DNA of 64,000 bases, from assembly GCA_951406725.2 (NCBI GenBank), contig OX597833.1, forward strand, positions 30,628,001 to 30,692,000, read 5' to 3'. The position numbers and the translations under genes are program-made. The notes beneath the pieces were generated by a model that saw only the letters and a list, made by a program, of their open reading frames with translations, made no database searches and had not been told where the DNA came from. Source of the stretch: Octopus vulgaris (Eukaryota). Within the stretch, counting starts at the first letter, position 1. The number at the start of each line of letters is the position of its first letter. This document shows, in pieces, positions 34,530 through 47,727 of this stretch.

Positions 34530-35560
34530 CTTAGAAATATTGGCCAAACAGCTAGTGGTGTTGCAAAAAGTTGGCAGACTGTGCATAAATTAGGTATTAT
34601 TGTTCTTAATCAGTTGTCCTCTCTTCAAGGTAGCTTTGCATAATTTCTAAGCCAAATCTCACACTGATTTCTTTAGTAAAATCATGTACTGTCTGTAGTA
34701 GAATTTCCAGTTGTTTATCATTTGTACCGGTTACATCTACACCCAATTCTATTGGGTATGTTGGTTAAAGGTGTCAATATTTGGCAGAAAAGGAGAGGAG
34801 AGAGGGAGTCTCCTTGGAGTAATAGGGTTGGGTTCAGTTTTTTCCAACTCTTTTGTTTGTTGTTGCAGGGCTGTTTGCCATTTATTCATGATATGTTTCA
34901 TATACTTAATTATTTCTGGTGCTATCTTACTTGTGACCAGTGTTTCCTGGATCCATGTGTGGGGAGTACTGTCAAAAGCCTTCCAGTTATCAATTCATGT
35001 TATGCGCAGATTCTTTTTTCTTTGGTAGTCTTCAGTTATGGTTTTGTGGATGAATAACCGATCTTCACAGTCATATGAGCCTTTGCAACATTCAGATTCT
35101 TGGTGATTTAGTGAGGATCTCTTGCTTTAGGCTTCTTTTATTTCAGGTACATCTTGTTTTGTTATTTTATTATTCTGTAGTAGTTGTTTCTCTTTCTTAT
35201 TGCTCATTGGTGTTGTTTTGTTACTGATTTCAAGAAGAATTGACAGATACTTCCTCTTATTTTCTTTTCCTAAATATTTGTTCTCCATAATATTTGCTTG
35301 GGTTTGTTTTGATACTCCTGTTTGAGTGGATCTGAGGAAGTATTCACTTTTCAGTTGCTTTTGTCCATAGTAAAAATTTCTATTGTTCTATTCTTGAATT
35401 ATACTCATTTTTAGAATATCATGATCAAGAATTCCACTTTAGAGTTTTCTTTTTTAAGATCTACTTCATATTTCTTTTCATTCTGGTTTGGTATTTTTGG
35501 TCATTATTGTGCAATTTTAGAGTTTGGTTTGTTGTTTCCTTCTTTACTTTGCTTGTTAGA
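34530..35560 (-). mobile_element. Heavily degraded R4/Dong-like LINE RT fragment
   Basis: Minus strand near 34950-35005 reads IDNWKAFDSTPHTWI (the D..KAFDSVPH.WI RT motif). A related PNWK.S.PD.VQG fragment lies at about 46330-46420. Confidence 0.5.
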
Positions 35561-35924
35561 ATACCTAATAACAATATCAGTACTGAGAATGTGAAAAAAA
35601 AAAAAATAGAGATAAAACAATGATCATTATTTGTGTTCTTGTAATGTATTCTTAAGAATGTATCTTCTTAAGTTAGTTAGTTTATTGGAGCTCAGTAATA
35701 TATCTTTTATCTTTCTTTTATTTATTTCAGTCACTAGAGTGCAGTCATGCTGGGACACCACTTTGAAGGGTGGCCCCTGTACTTATTTTGTTGGCCCCAG
35801 TATTTATTTTATCAACCTCACTTTGCTGAACTGCTATATCATGGGGATGTAAACAAACCAACGCCAGTTGTCAAGCAATGGTGGGGTGAATGACAATCAC
35901 AAAGACACACACATAAATATAATG

Positions 35925-35961
<37 letters not shown>

Positions 35962-36149
35962 TGATGATGATGATAATAATTATAAGCATAAAGAAAATAG
36001 TTTAATATTGGGGCATATAAGTCCTTGATGGAAAAAAGTAGGTATTAGTATGCATGGAAATCAAACCCACACCTCTTATATTCGTGATAAGTGTGCTAAC
36101 TGATTACATCAACGTCCATGTATATGTGTGTGTATATATATATATATCG

Positions 36150-37825
36150 GCATCGTTCGTTTAATGTCCATTTTCCATGCTAGCATGGGTTGGACGGTTC
36201 AACCGGGGTCTGGGAAGCCAGGAGACTGCACCAGGCTTCAGTCTGATCTAGCACTGTTTCTACAGCTGGATACCTTTCCTAACGCCAACCACTCCGTGAG
36301 TGTAGTGGGTGCTTTTTACGTGCCACCAGCACAGGGGCCAGGGGAGGCTGGCAATGGTCACGATTGGTTGGTGCTTTTTACATGCCAGCGGCATGAGTAT
36401 CACAACTACAATTTCCATTTGATTTTTATTTTGATGTTGATGTACTTGATTCAATAGGTCTCCTCAAGCACAGCAGGTCACCCTACGATCCAAGTTAAGC
36501 ACAGCAGGTCGTCCTGTGATCCAAGGTACTTTGGATGGGCTGGGGCTGGCTATGTGAAGCTGGTGAAGCTGGTGCAGGAAACAGCCATGAACTCACATTA
36601 TTTGTCGGGTCTTCACAGTCACAGTATATCTCCAGAGTATCTCCAGAGGTCTTGGTCTTTTGTCATTGCCTTTGTAAGGCCCAACGTTCAAAGGTCATTC
36701 TTGATCACCTCATCCCATGTCTTCCTGGGTCTACCTCTACCCCGGATTCCTTCAACTGTTTGGGAGTGGCACTTCTTCACACATCTCTCTTCATCCATCC
36801 GCAGTACATGATCATACCAGTGCAAACGTCTCTCTTGCACGCCACATCCGATGCTTCATCATTTCTCTCAGGGCACTACACTCTGTCGTGTGTGCACACT
36901 GACATTACACATCCCGCGGATCATGCTAGCTTAATTTCTTTTGAGCCTACGCATGTCCTCCACAGTCATAGCCCATGTTTCACTGCCGTGAAGCATGGCA
37001 GTTTGCACACATGCGTCGTACAATCTACCTTTCACTCTGAGCAAGAGACCCTTTGTCACCAGTAGGGGTAGAAGCTTTCTAAACTTTGTCCAGGCTATTC
37101 TTATTCTAGACACTCTCTGAGCATCCACCTCCACTACTAACTTGGTCACCTAGGTAGCAGAAGCTATCAACCACTTCTAGTTTCTCCCCCTGGAGTGTTA
37201 TGGAATCTGTTTTCTGAGTATCTGTAGTGTCTATTGCCCCTGTGCATCTGCCACACATGAAAGCTATCTAGAAGTAGTTGATAGCTTGCGCTATGTTGGT
37301 TAATTTTCCTTTGATGTTGCTGCACCTCTTATGCATCCATATCTTACACTGGGTACATCTTAAGGAGTTTCTACCTACACCTTTTCTACAGATCGAGCAG
37401 GGCCACCTACCTGAGTTCACCTTCATACTTACTATAACTTTAGTCTTTGCTACATTGACTCTAAGGCCTTTTGATTCTAAACCTAGCTTCCACACCTGAA
37501 ATTTCTTTTCTAGTTCTAGTAGTGATTCTGCTATGAGGGCCAAGTCATCAGCATAGAGGAGCTCCTAGGGGCATCCTGTCTTGAATTCCTCTGTTATTGC
37601 CTGGAGGACTATGATGAATAAAAGGGGACTGAGGGCTGAACCTTAGTGGACCCCCTACTTCTATGTGGAATTCTTTACTATACTCATTGCCAATCCTAAC
37701 CTTACTAATGGCCTCTCTGTATAGTGCAGAATTCGTCACTCTCCAGTAACCATTCGTCACTCTCCAGTTTCCACATCGCCAACCAGATAAGGGATCGGGG
37801 GACCATGTCAAAGACTTTCTCCAAG
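36150..37825 (-). mobile_element. RTE LINE 5'-truncated copy (RT, PHD finger, 3' tail with two hairpin units)
   Basis: Homologous to 13535-15000. Reads WPCSICRKGVGRNSLRCTQCKIWMHKRCSN and MLHGSETW; contains frameshifts. Confidence 0.9.
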
Positions 37826-37846
37826 TATGTATTGTATGTATGTATG

Positions 37847-37976
37847 TCATCATCATCGTCATTTAACGTCTGCTTTCCTTGCTGGCATGGGTTGGATGAT
37901 TTGACTGAAGGCTGACAAGCCAGAAGGCTGCACCAGGCTCCAATCTGATCTGGCAATGTTTCTACAGCTTGATGCT
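37847..37976 (-). mobile_element. RTE-family extreme 3' tail fragment
   Basis: (CAT)n TTTAACGTCTGCTTTCC...CATGGGTTGGA. A similar tail lies at 15721-15858. Confidence 0.7.
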
Positions 37977-39169
37977 GTAGTACAGCATAGTACAGGTATT
38001 TTCTTTATTTATTTTTAATTTCTTCTGCTTGATGGTGGGGGATGGAGGTGGTCTGTAGTTGATATGAACCATATACTGATGATCATGTTTACACATGTGA
38101 GAATATTGGATATTGTAAACATTTATAATACATTATTTATGAGTGGGAGATAAAAATAAATTTTAATGACTATTACCTAGTCAGTTATGGTTCAACATTT
38201 TGTCAGTGTTTTGGGGTCTCATTTATTATTTTTTCCCTGATGTTACTAGGTAATTTTCGGAGCTATATTTTTGGCTTTTCATGTGTTAGAAGTCCCCAAG
38301 GCAATAAGTTGGTAGAATAATTAACACATCAGGCAAAATGTTTAGCAGCGTTTCTTCCAGCTTTATGTTTCAAGTTCAAATGCTGTCAAAGTCAACTTTA
38401 TCTTCATTCTTTCAGAGTCATGTACTGGGATCAATGTAATCAGTTAACCCACTACCCCTAAAACTGCAAACCTTGTACCAAAATTTGAAACGTTTATTAT
38501 TATCATCATCATTGTTGTTTTGTTTATCATCAAGCTCATGGAGCTTCCAAAATGTGTTTTGGAAGTTCCATGAGTTTGTGCCTTTTCAGAAAATTACTTT
38601 TGTTAATTTTATTGTCTTGCCTTGTTTCTTAATTGACCAGACAGGGTCAACTAAGGGACTGATCAACCATTTATGTAACTCATCCTGCAGGACAACATTT
38701 TAAAAGAAGGAGGATTTTTTGAAAGGGCATCAACTTTTTCATCCGGTTAACAAGAGTGGGTTGTAGAAGGTTTTGATGGTAAAGCTATCTTTCACCATCA
38801 TCTCTTTCCATACAATACTGCAGATGTAAAAGTAATTACTTACAAATAGTAGCAGTAGTATCAGTAGCAACAACAACAGTAACAACACCAGCAACAGTTA
38901 TAATGACAGTAGCAACAGCAAGAGCAATGACATATCAATCAAAGACATTCACAAAATCACCAGCAGCAAATCATATATTGTCAGCTGTAAACAGCACAAA
39001 CAAAACCACCACTATCGCTGCAATAAAAAGCAATAGCAACTGTGCCACAATGCTACTAATAACAGCAGAGGCAGCAGTGAAAACAGCATTTAAAAAATTT
39101 TTTTTACCAAGATCACTAATGATTTTTTACTTTATCTCACCTGACTAAAAGTATAAGAATTTAGAAGAG

Positions 39170-40350
39170 GCAGAGGAACATATCAACAGACTAGTGGCAG
39201 AGAAAGATTATGCTTATGTATTGCAGTATACTGCAACATCTTTTAGACCAAACGGAAAGGAAAACAATTCTGTATAGATGCTTATCGAAGAAATGACACA
39301 ATTAAGAATGCATATTTTCAAACCAAGCTAAACTGTTTAAGAAACATATAGCAAAACATTCAGATGTATCCAAGTTATTTTCCACTCCGAAACCCTATCC
39401 CAGAAGCTCTCCACTGTCCCAAAAAGAATTGAAGAATATTCAATATCAACTGATTTACCTAGGGCAGAGAATTTTCCCAGTAAAAATCTCAAACATGCCA
39501 CCAGAACAACTCTTCTGAAGAACAGTAAAATGTGTGGTTTTGGAAAACCATAGCACACTACTAGAAATAAAAAGACTCCAGAAAAAATCTTTGGCTTTGG
39601 TGGGGTTGATAACTAAGTGACATTAGTATCCATGCTGTTTGGGTGTGAAGGTTAAAACAAGTCCTTTAAATGGGATATAATTGATCATGTTTGATGTTGC
39701 ACCACCATGCTACAGCAACCAGTTGAGAGTAAACATTACATATTTATGGTAGAAAGTAAATTCAAGCAAAGATTTTGTAATTACAATGTATCCTTCAGTT
39801 ACATCGACAAAAAGACTTTCATAACATTGATTAAATGTACCTGGAATCTGAGTGAAATTAATACAAATTAAAATGTTAAGTAGAAAATTCTCAATGGATC
39901 CAGGCTGTAACATCAACAGAAAAAGAAAGCATCAGCTTTGCACAATGGAGGAGGGACATATATTGGAAAAGTTGAAAAGCTCTTGCAACTGCCTAAGCAC
40001 AAGAAATATTTTAATATATGCTGACATGTTGATAAATTCATACTAGTCCACATCAAAATTCAAGAAAATTCTTCCCACGCTAGGATAATACCATAAAGGT
40101 AACACTTATTCTGGAATGCACTCGACACAGCCCAATCTTAAATAGGCACTTGCATTACACAGCTTCACATAATGTAGTCATCACTTAAAATACTTTTGAC
40201 ACAAATCATAGCTAGATAGACACTCATAAGCTTCACTTCTGATAACATGCATATTTTGTTAACCTATTCAGCATCTAGACATTACTTGGAATATATCTTC
40301 ACTTCCAAGTCCAGATCAGTTAGACTCATAAAAATTTTGCTTTTTCAGAT
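39170..40350 (+). mobile_element. Very degraded Penelope-like element (RT remnants)
   Basis: Residual FDV.., YVDD-like and FL-type RT segments in broken frames. Assignment by resemblance only. Confidence 0.35.
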
Positions 40351-40673
40351 ACAGATATAAATCACATCGTATGCACTATAGTTTAAAAAAACAAACCACA
40401 ACATATTCCTCAATAAAATTTTCCCTGCATACACATATTCACATGAACACATTATGAACAAGGCCTTCCTTATACAAATGTATATAATCTTATAATCAAT
40501 CTGCATTTTACAACTGACCAAAATTATATAAAAGCGTATAAAAACTTTTTAAGGATGTTTTACATAAAATTACATGGTTAATCTAAAGATCATTATTCGG
40601 GTAACTAAAAAAAGAAATCTATGACCCATCTCTTACTTTGTATCCTTCTTACCCTTTCTCACTATTCATCAGC

Positions 40674-42870
40674 TGTTATGGGAGAATTCTGAACACCCCT
40701 ACGTGACTGAAGGTGGACTAACCAATTACAATAAATAAGTACTGAGTGAACTGTCAAGAAGGTAGTTGACAGTGTTAGTTCGACTGTGTTGGTTTAACAG
40801 CCAGGAGTTGAACAGTGAATACTGAGTATTGTACCTACATTCATATAGTACAGAGTACTTTCCAAGTTAACATATATTTCTGTGATAGGTTATTTTTTGA
40901 TAACTACAACAAACTATTTATTTGTGTAATACTATTTTACACCTGATGTGTATACACATGTCATAACATTTTTGGGGACAAGATTATTTGAAGCTCATGC
41001 TGGGTCAATTTTTGCTTGAAAGGTTTACTAACTTCAATAATTCAATTACAGAAACAGCAACGACTGTTAGTACAACTGATACAGAAGAAAACAGAAAATA
41101 CATCTAGTTCGTTCACCCCTGACACTGTCACAAACTCAATCAGAGAGTTTGCATATAATCCAGAGTAGGGTATTATCTTCTCTGCTTACTTTAGAAGGTA
41201 TGAGAAAATTTTTAGAGAAGAATGCTGGCAATATGAGAAAAAAACTTGGCTTTTATTTAAGAAAGTTGGCACCAGCTGATCATGAAAAATATTGCAATTA
41301 CATATTACCAAAGAAACCAGGTCAAGTCTGTTTTGAGGAAACAGTGACTATTCTACCAAAGATTTTCCATGAAAAAAGCTCTTTATTTAATATGTGCTGG
41401 CAATGCATGAATATTACAAAAAAAGAGGATGAAGATTTTATTACATATGCTGGAATCATTAATAGGGAATGTGAGAGATTTAAAATTAATTAACTAACAC
41501 CAGATATGTTTAAATGCTTAATTTTCATGCGAGGTTTAACAGCAAAGAAATATGTGGAAAGTCATAACCGAATTCTGACTAAATTAGAGCAGAATCAGAA
41601 CCCAACACTACAAGAAATATCTGCAGAATACCAGAGAATAATAAACCTAAGGCATGACACAGAACAAATTGAAATGTGAAACTGCTCTCATATTCAGTCG
41701 GTGTGACTGAAAGTAAGAAATGATTGGCAGAAAATTAACCCATGTTTTGAATGTGGAGAATTATGCTACAGATTCGACAGTTCTTATAAAAATTGAAAAT
41801 GCTTCAAATGTGGTTTGATAGGTCATAAAAAATCACAATGTAAAACAAAACCTAGAAAATGGTTTGTTGAGTTTTTCCTTGGACATGGCATGAAAAATCA
41901 CCAATGTCTCAAAGGAGTGAGTGTTGTGGAGTTTAGTTACATCCAACAAACACTGAAGTTTTTCCCAAAATTCAGGGTTTTTATAACTGCTCAACTTGAC
42001 TTTAAAGAATCGAAATTACATACAAATATTCTTTAACTACTTCTTAGAATCCCTGTATGAGCAGTTATATTAACCAATGGAAAAACGACAATAATATTTC
42101 TTCGGCAATACGACATTACGTCATATTGCCAGCTACCACAAATTGGCACCTTATTTAAAAATGGCTACTTGCTACAGGTTCAACAGAAAAATCATGTAAA
42201 CAGTTTATCGGCAACAAGAATCGCAAATGAGACTCAAAGGAAATTTGAGTACATAAAAATGAATAATATAAATGTAAAATTACAGATAGATACATGTAGT
42301 GACATTACTTTAATTAATGAAAACACATGAAAGACAATCAGGGAATCTATACAACAGAAAACCTCAAAGACTGCATGTAGTATCTCAAGGATTAAATTAA
42401 TTTTTTAAGGCAAAGTTATCTGTAACATTACATTTCATGCTAAGTCTATAAAAGCAAAAGCTTATGAGTAACTTTTTTGAAACTGACTCGATGGAACTGT
42501 TCAACTTATGGGGTTTATCCATAAATAATTTTTGAAAAAATGTAATGGAGTTGTGTACTAGTTCTAATACTGAGACAGAAAATTTGAAAAAGAAGTGGAA
42601 AGGTTGTTCCCTGATATTTTTTGTATGAGTTGGGTTGGTGTAATAAATTTAAAGCAAAAATTTCAGGTAAAAGAAAATTCATTACCAGTTTTCAAACCCA
42701 AACATAATGTACCATTTGCAACACTTGAACAAGTGAATAAAGAATTAGAGAGAGTGGAAAAAATAGGAGTGGCTAAAAATATCAACTATTCAGATTGGGC
42801 ATCTCCAACAGTGTATGCAAAAAAAAACAATAAAATTCATGTATGTACAGATTTCTCAATGGGACTAAAC
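40674..42870 (+). mobile_element. Old Ty3/Gypsy element: 5' LTR, gag, protease and start of RT, 3'-truncated
   Basis: LTR 40674-40968 with TGTTATG...CATAACA termini and a TGG PBS-like start. Gag reads YCNYILPKKP...FEETV, CCHC is CFKCGLIGHKKSQC, protease is LQIDTCSDIT, and RT start is YSDWASPTVY.KK. Confidence 0.8.
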
Positions 42871-43253
42871 AAGTCTGGCAACTAAGAGATGATGGGATCC
42901 CAAACTTGATCTCATGGAAAATCCTCGAGACCCCTGGCCCTTTGTCGGTCAATGGGATGAAGCATTGCAAGTTATGCATAGCTGAATGCATAACTCAAAC
43001 CAGGGAACATCCTCTACTCCAGAATGGAGATCTTTAGGCCATGTTTACATTTTAGAAGATTCCTGCTAGCTTTTTGGAGCTCACAAGATGGTGGCACATC
43101 CAGAAGTCAATAGCCAATAGCAAAAGGAGATAATCCCCAATTGTTTACCTTCAGTAGCAAGGCTTTTCCCTCTCCATAGTCTTGAAGAGACCATAGGCCA
43201 ACAGGTTTTGGGGTCTGATGATATGCCATAAAGCTATCCCATAAACTAGCCTT

Positions 43254-43255
<2 letters not shown>
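42870..43255 (+). mobile_element. Penelope-like element C-terminal fragment
   Basis: QVWQLRDDGIPNLISWKIL...CKLCIAE matches the post-GIY-YIG W.LK...W.IL...C.LC..E pattern. Confidence 0.55.
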
Positions 43256-43285
<30 letters not shown>

Positions 43286-43287
<2 letters not shown>

Positions 43288-44255
43288 TAGCATTATGACC
43301 CGGCAACGCTGGGTCATAGTGCTAGTGCATGTATATATGTGTATATATATGTGTACATCTATTTATATACAAAGTTATATCTTGATATCGCTAGTGATAA
43401 CAATACTCAAAATATATAACAGACTGGAATTGTAGACCCGTCTCTTGCAATTTCGATCAATTGTATCTTGTCCTCCCTCTTGTATAGAAGTGTGGCTACA
43501 ATCCAGCCTACCTCTACTTCTGGGGGGACGTTTTAAATTTTTATCCGGGACGTCCCAGATATAAAGGTAAAATAAAATATTTCCACTTTGCAAGGTTCGA
43601 GTCGAGTACTCCCTTGCACGCTCCGTTGACTCGAACCTTGCTTCTATTGTGGTGAATTTACCGCCTCTGGTTAGATACTTGATATCTTTCATAGTCGCAC
43701 CAAGACACTTTTCGATGGTGCTTTCCTTCAGGTGTCCAAATCTTTTTTTTTCTCTACATTGTATACTTTATAGACAATAGTCTTTTCTTTAATTTAATGG
43801 ACTATTCCATTTCTGCATGTTAATTTTATTTTTAATTTATTCCCATTCATGTGAAACCACTTATTCAAGTTCAAGTCATTGATGCAATTTTATACCAATT
43901 GCTGTTTTTACTTTTGTTATGTTATGATTATATTATACTTTAGTTTGATTTTAATTATTACTTACTACATATAATTCAATTGTTATTATTATTTTTATTG
44001 TTAAAGTGAAAGTATCTGATATAAAATAGAGAAATGTTTTTGTTTCACTTTTAACACATAATACTGAAATAGTGGAGAAGATATTATGTTGCTATGGGCT
44101 CGCTCTAGGCAAGAAGTTGAACATTTTTTTTGCCCATGAAACTACATGTGTAAAATTTGAATTAAATTGGTTGTGTAGTTCTCAAGTTTTAGGGAAACAC
44201 ACAGACAGACAGACAGACAGACAGACACACATTCTCAGTTTTATATATTTAGATA
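43286..44255 (+). mobile_element. Non-autonomous Helitron/Helentron-like element
   Basis: 5' hairpin ACTAGCATTATGACCCGGC...GCTGGGTCATAGTGCTAGT and 3' end (ACAG)n...CATTCTCAGTTTTATATATTTAGAT, in TA-rich flanks. Confidence 0.55.
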
Positions 44256-44446
44256 TATATATATATATATGTATATATATCACCGTGACCAACCAGGCTA
44301 TCAGATGTTGCTACACATTGCTGGTCACAATGCGCTTTGCATTGTTTATATATATATATATTTATTAGAAGAAATGAGGTACTCAGAAATCTGGATGGTT
44401 TTATATTTACAGATATTTATTAGTATGTTACATGTTTTTATAAATC

Positions 44447-44844
44447 ACTAGCAGTATCGCCCGGCGTTGCTCGGGTTTGTAAGGGAAATAACTATATAAG
44501 CATTTTTAGAGAGTTATAGCCAAAAAATAGAAAAAAAATGCATTAAAAATGGAAAAAAAATTAAGGTAAATTTTTTTTTAAATCGTTGACACATCGTAGA
44601 TATTTTTAGAGAGTTACTTCCCTTATATAATAGCGAAAAAATGCATTAAAATGGAAAAATATGATGGTAAATTTTTTTTAAATCGTAGACTCATCGTAGA
44701 CGCACGCTAATACCCAGAAGGGCTCAATATGAATCATGACTATAAGATACCCGGTTTTGGTTACACTGCACCACAAAATGTGGGAGTAGTTAGGAATCTA
44801 AATCGTAGGAGACAGACACACAACTTCACTTTTATATATAAAGA
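44447..44844 (+). mobile_element. Non-autonomous Helitron/Helentron-like element
   Basis: Starts ACTAGCAGTATCGCCCGGCGTTGCTCGGG, has an internal tandem duplication, and ends GACAGACACACAACTTCACTTTTATATATAAAGAT. Confidence 0.55.
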
Positions 44845-45902
44845 TATAAGCCACATAGTTATATACACATACTTTGTTATATACACATTCTTAAAAGAAA
44901 ATGTTATTTTGAACACAACATTTATAAAGAATAAAATATTTTTTGGTTTTTCTTTTAAACGGATGCATACATTTATTAATAACTATATATAAGTGTCGTC
45001 TGTTTATACATAAACACTGTTTCATACTGCAAGCTCGGCTCGCCAATTAATACTACCAAAATTTAACGACAGAAAGTAAAATAAAAACCAATTTACCTTT
45101 TCTGTATTGTTATAGCAATTCGACCGTCCGTGTGTCTTTGCAAATGTGTTGGAATGAGAAGTGAGTTGTGTTTTGGCGCCTTTTTTACTAATAACAAACA
45201 CACACGTGTTTGTATGTAGTTGTTTGAAACGTTTGTGTTTGTCACTGTCATATATGTATGTGTATGCGTGTGTGTGAGGAATGACACACACACACTCACG
45301 CACGCACACATGTACATCAATGCTTTCGGAGTGAAATGTTAAAATATTGAGTTTTTTCGAATTTTGTCTTAATTGGGGGTAAAATTGAAAGAAATTTTGT
45401 ATGGCATGACCCAATGGAAGTACTTTGAAAAATCATGGGTAAACTCTAATTGAAGAAATTGTGTGAGGAGTAAATCATTATGTATTTATTTGTTTCTGTT
45501 TGCTGTGTTTTGTTTTTTTTAGTAGTGGTTTAAGGTACACTTCTCTCGTTTTATAGAAATAGTTTCACTTTAATCATTGCAAACTTGCAAAGAGAAAGTC
45601 GTAGAAATTAGAGTGATAGCGTGAGTGAATCAGATCGCTCCCTTTTTGTGTGTGTGTGTGCTTGTGCTATAGCCCACACTAAGAAAAGCACTTGACTTAC
45701 ACACCACAATGTGAGTTTTCTCTAAATTTTGCTTAATTGGGGTTGAAATTTTAAAAACTGGACCTGGCACGACCTGATGCATTCTACTCTTAAAAATGCT
45801 AGATAAATTGTAATTGAAGAAATCCTATATTGTAGATTTCTATAAGAGACAAAGGGAGGCAGATAAAATCTGCCTTTTATAATAAGAGATATATCATATA
45901 TT

Positions 45903-46106
45903 AGCGCTTTCGTCCACTTTAGTGGAGTTTTCAAATTGAACTTTTGCAGGAATTTTGACTCTTTTTATAGTACTATTGAGTGTGTAGGGGTGGGCAGAGA
46001 TATAAGATAGTACAAGAGGGTGAGGAATGGGGAGAATACTATAAAAAGAGACAAAATTCCTGCAAAAGTTCAATTTGAAAACTCCACTAGAGTCGATGAA
46101 AGCACT
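45903..46106. mobile_element. MITE with about 70-bp terminal inverted repeats
   Basis: AGCGCTTTCGTCCACTTTAGTGGAGTTTTCAAATTGAACTTTTGCAGGAATTTTG...TATAGTA pairs with TACTATA...CAAAATTCCTGCAAAAGTTCAATTTGAAAACTCCACTAGAGTCGATGAAAGCACT. Confidence 0.75.
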
Positions 46107-46809
46107 GTCAAAGTGCTCATAAATGTTTTCAGAGAGCATTTCTGTAAACAGTTCTACACTAATAATAAGCAAGTGATTGGTCTATAATTACTAGCTATAT
46201 TGCCCTTGCTTTTGTTTTCTATAAGGAATACTGTTCTCCCTCTAGTCATCCAATTAGGGATGAGTCCTCCTCCTCATCATCGTTTAGCATCCGTTTTCCA
46301 TGTTTCCAAACAATCTTGAAGTTGTTCCCTCAGTCTCCCATGAATTTCTTTGACCAGTACCCTTACCCTTGAACTAAGTCTGGTTCTGAGCCCTTCCAAT
46401 TTGGCATTCTTCCATACACTTTACTCATAAATGCACTAATTAGTTTTAGATCTGGCTGCTTTTCACTGACTACTTCTTCCCTCACTTTTTTTAACCATAC
46501 AGCATCCCCATTATCCCAAATATCACTCCAGAACTTTCTACCTTCTTCTAAAATGGGTCCATCTGTTCAGTGTTAACTTTTTGACAAAACACTGACTTTG
46601 GATGTGTGCTGAGGCTTCTTTTGTGTCATGATTGCCTAAGGTTTACAGAATGAAATTCATCTTCTGTTAAAGTCATTTAAATACCATGTGGTCGAGGTTT
46701 GTTTGCTTTGCTCACATGTGGAGGCTTGTAAGTGCCCATGTGTGAATTGTATAAACATTTCTTGATGTACAAGCAAGAAACATAAATGTGCCTATGTGTA
46801 GAAATGGGA

Positions 46810-47225
46810 ATCATCATCATCATCATCATCATCGTTTAACATCCGTTCTCCATGCTAGCATGGGTTGGACGGTTCGACCGGGGTTCTGGGAAGCCAGAAG
46901 GCTGCACCAGGCTCCAGTCTAATCTGGCAATGTTTCTACAGCTGGATGCCCTTCCTAACGCCAACCACTCCGTGAGTGTAGTGGGTGCTTTTACGTGCCA
47001 CCTGCACAGGTGCCAGGCGAGGCTGGCAACGGCCACGGTCAGATTGGTGTATTTTATGTGCCACCGGCACGGAAGCCAGTCGAGGCGGTGCTGGCATCGG
47101 CCACGAGTCGGATAGCGCTTTTTACGCACCACCAGACCAGGGATCCTGGCTGGTTCAATTCGATTTCGATTTCGCTTGCCCCAACATGTCTTCACAAGCA
47201 AAGGGGGTTGGCATGGGTGCCTGCA
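46810..47225 (-). mobile_element. RTE-family 3' tail insertion with about three hairpin units
   Basis: (CAT)n CGTTTAACATCCGTT...GGATGCCCTTCCTAACGCCAACC...GTGCCACCGGCAC. Confidence 0.85.
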
Positions 47226-47727
47226 TGTGATTAATTCTTATACTCACAGTTTTGTTCACAGTTCTGTTGTATATGGATCTCACAGTTCCTCGAGTTGTTT
47301 ACACTTGCAAGCATGTTTTGCTGTGGTAAGACATCTGGAAGAAACTATACTTCATATATAAAATAAGTCTTTTGGTTTCCTGGAATAACTTACATTGAAA
47401 CATAATTTTCTTTAATTTTTTTTGTGGTTTCTTAAATCCTGCTGGGCGATGATCTCAGATTTAGTCTTTCATCACAGGGAGCTCACTGATACAAGTCCAT
47501 GATGTGCATTAGTCATGGTGGACTATCTTTATTATTACTGTTATTACTATTATTATTATTATTATTATTATTAGGACAGCAAGCTGGTAGACAAAATGTT
47601 TAATGTACTTCGTGGGAATATCTGTTCTTCTTAGTGGGGTCAATGTTATTGACTTGTCCCCTCCACCAAAATTTGAAACCATTATTATTATTGTTATTGT
47701 TTCATTTTTCTTTCTTTTTCTTTCTAG

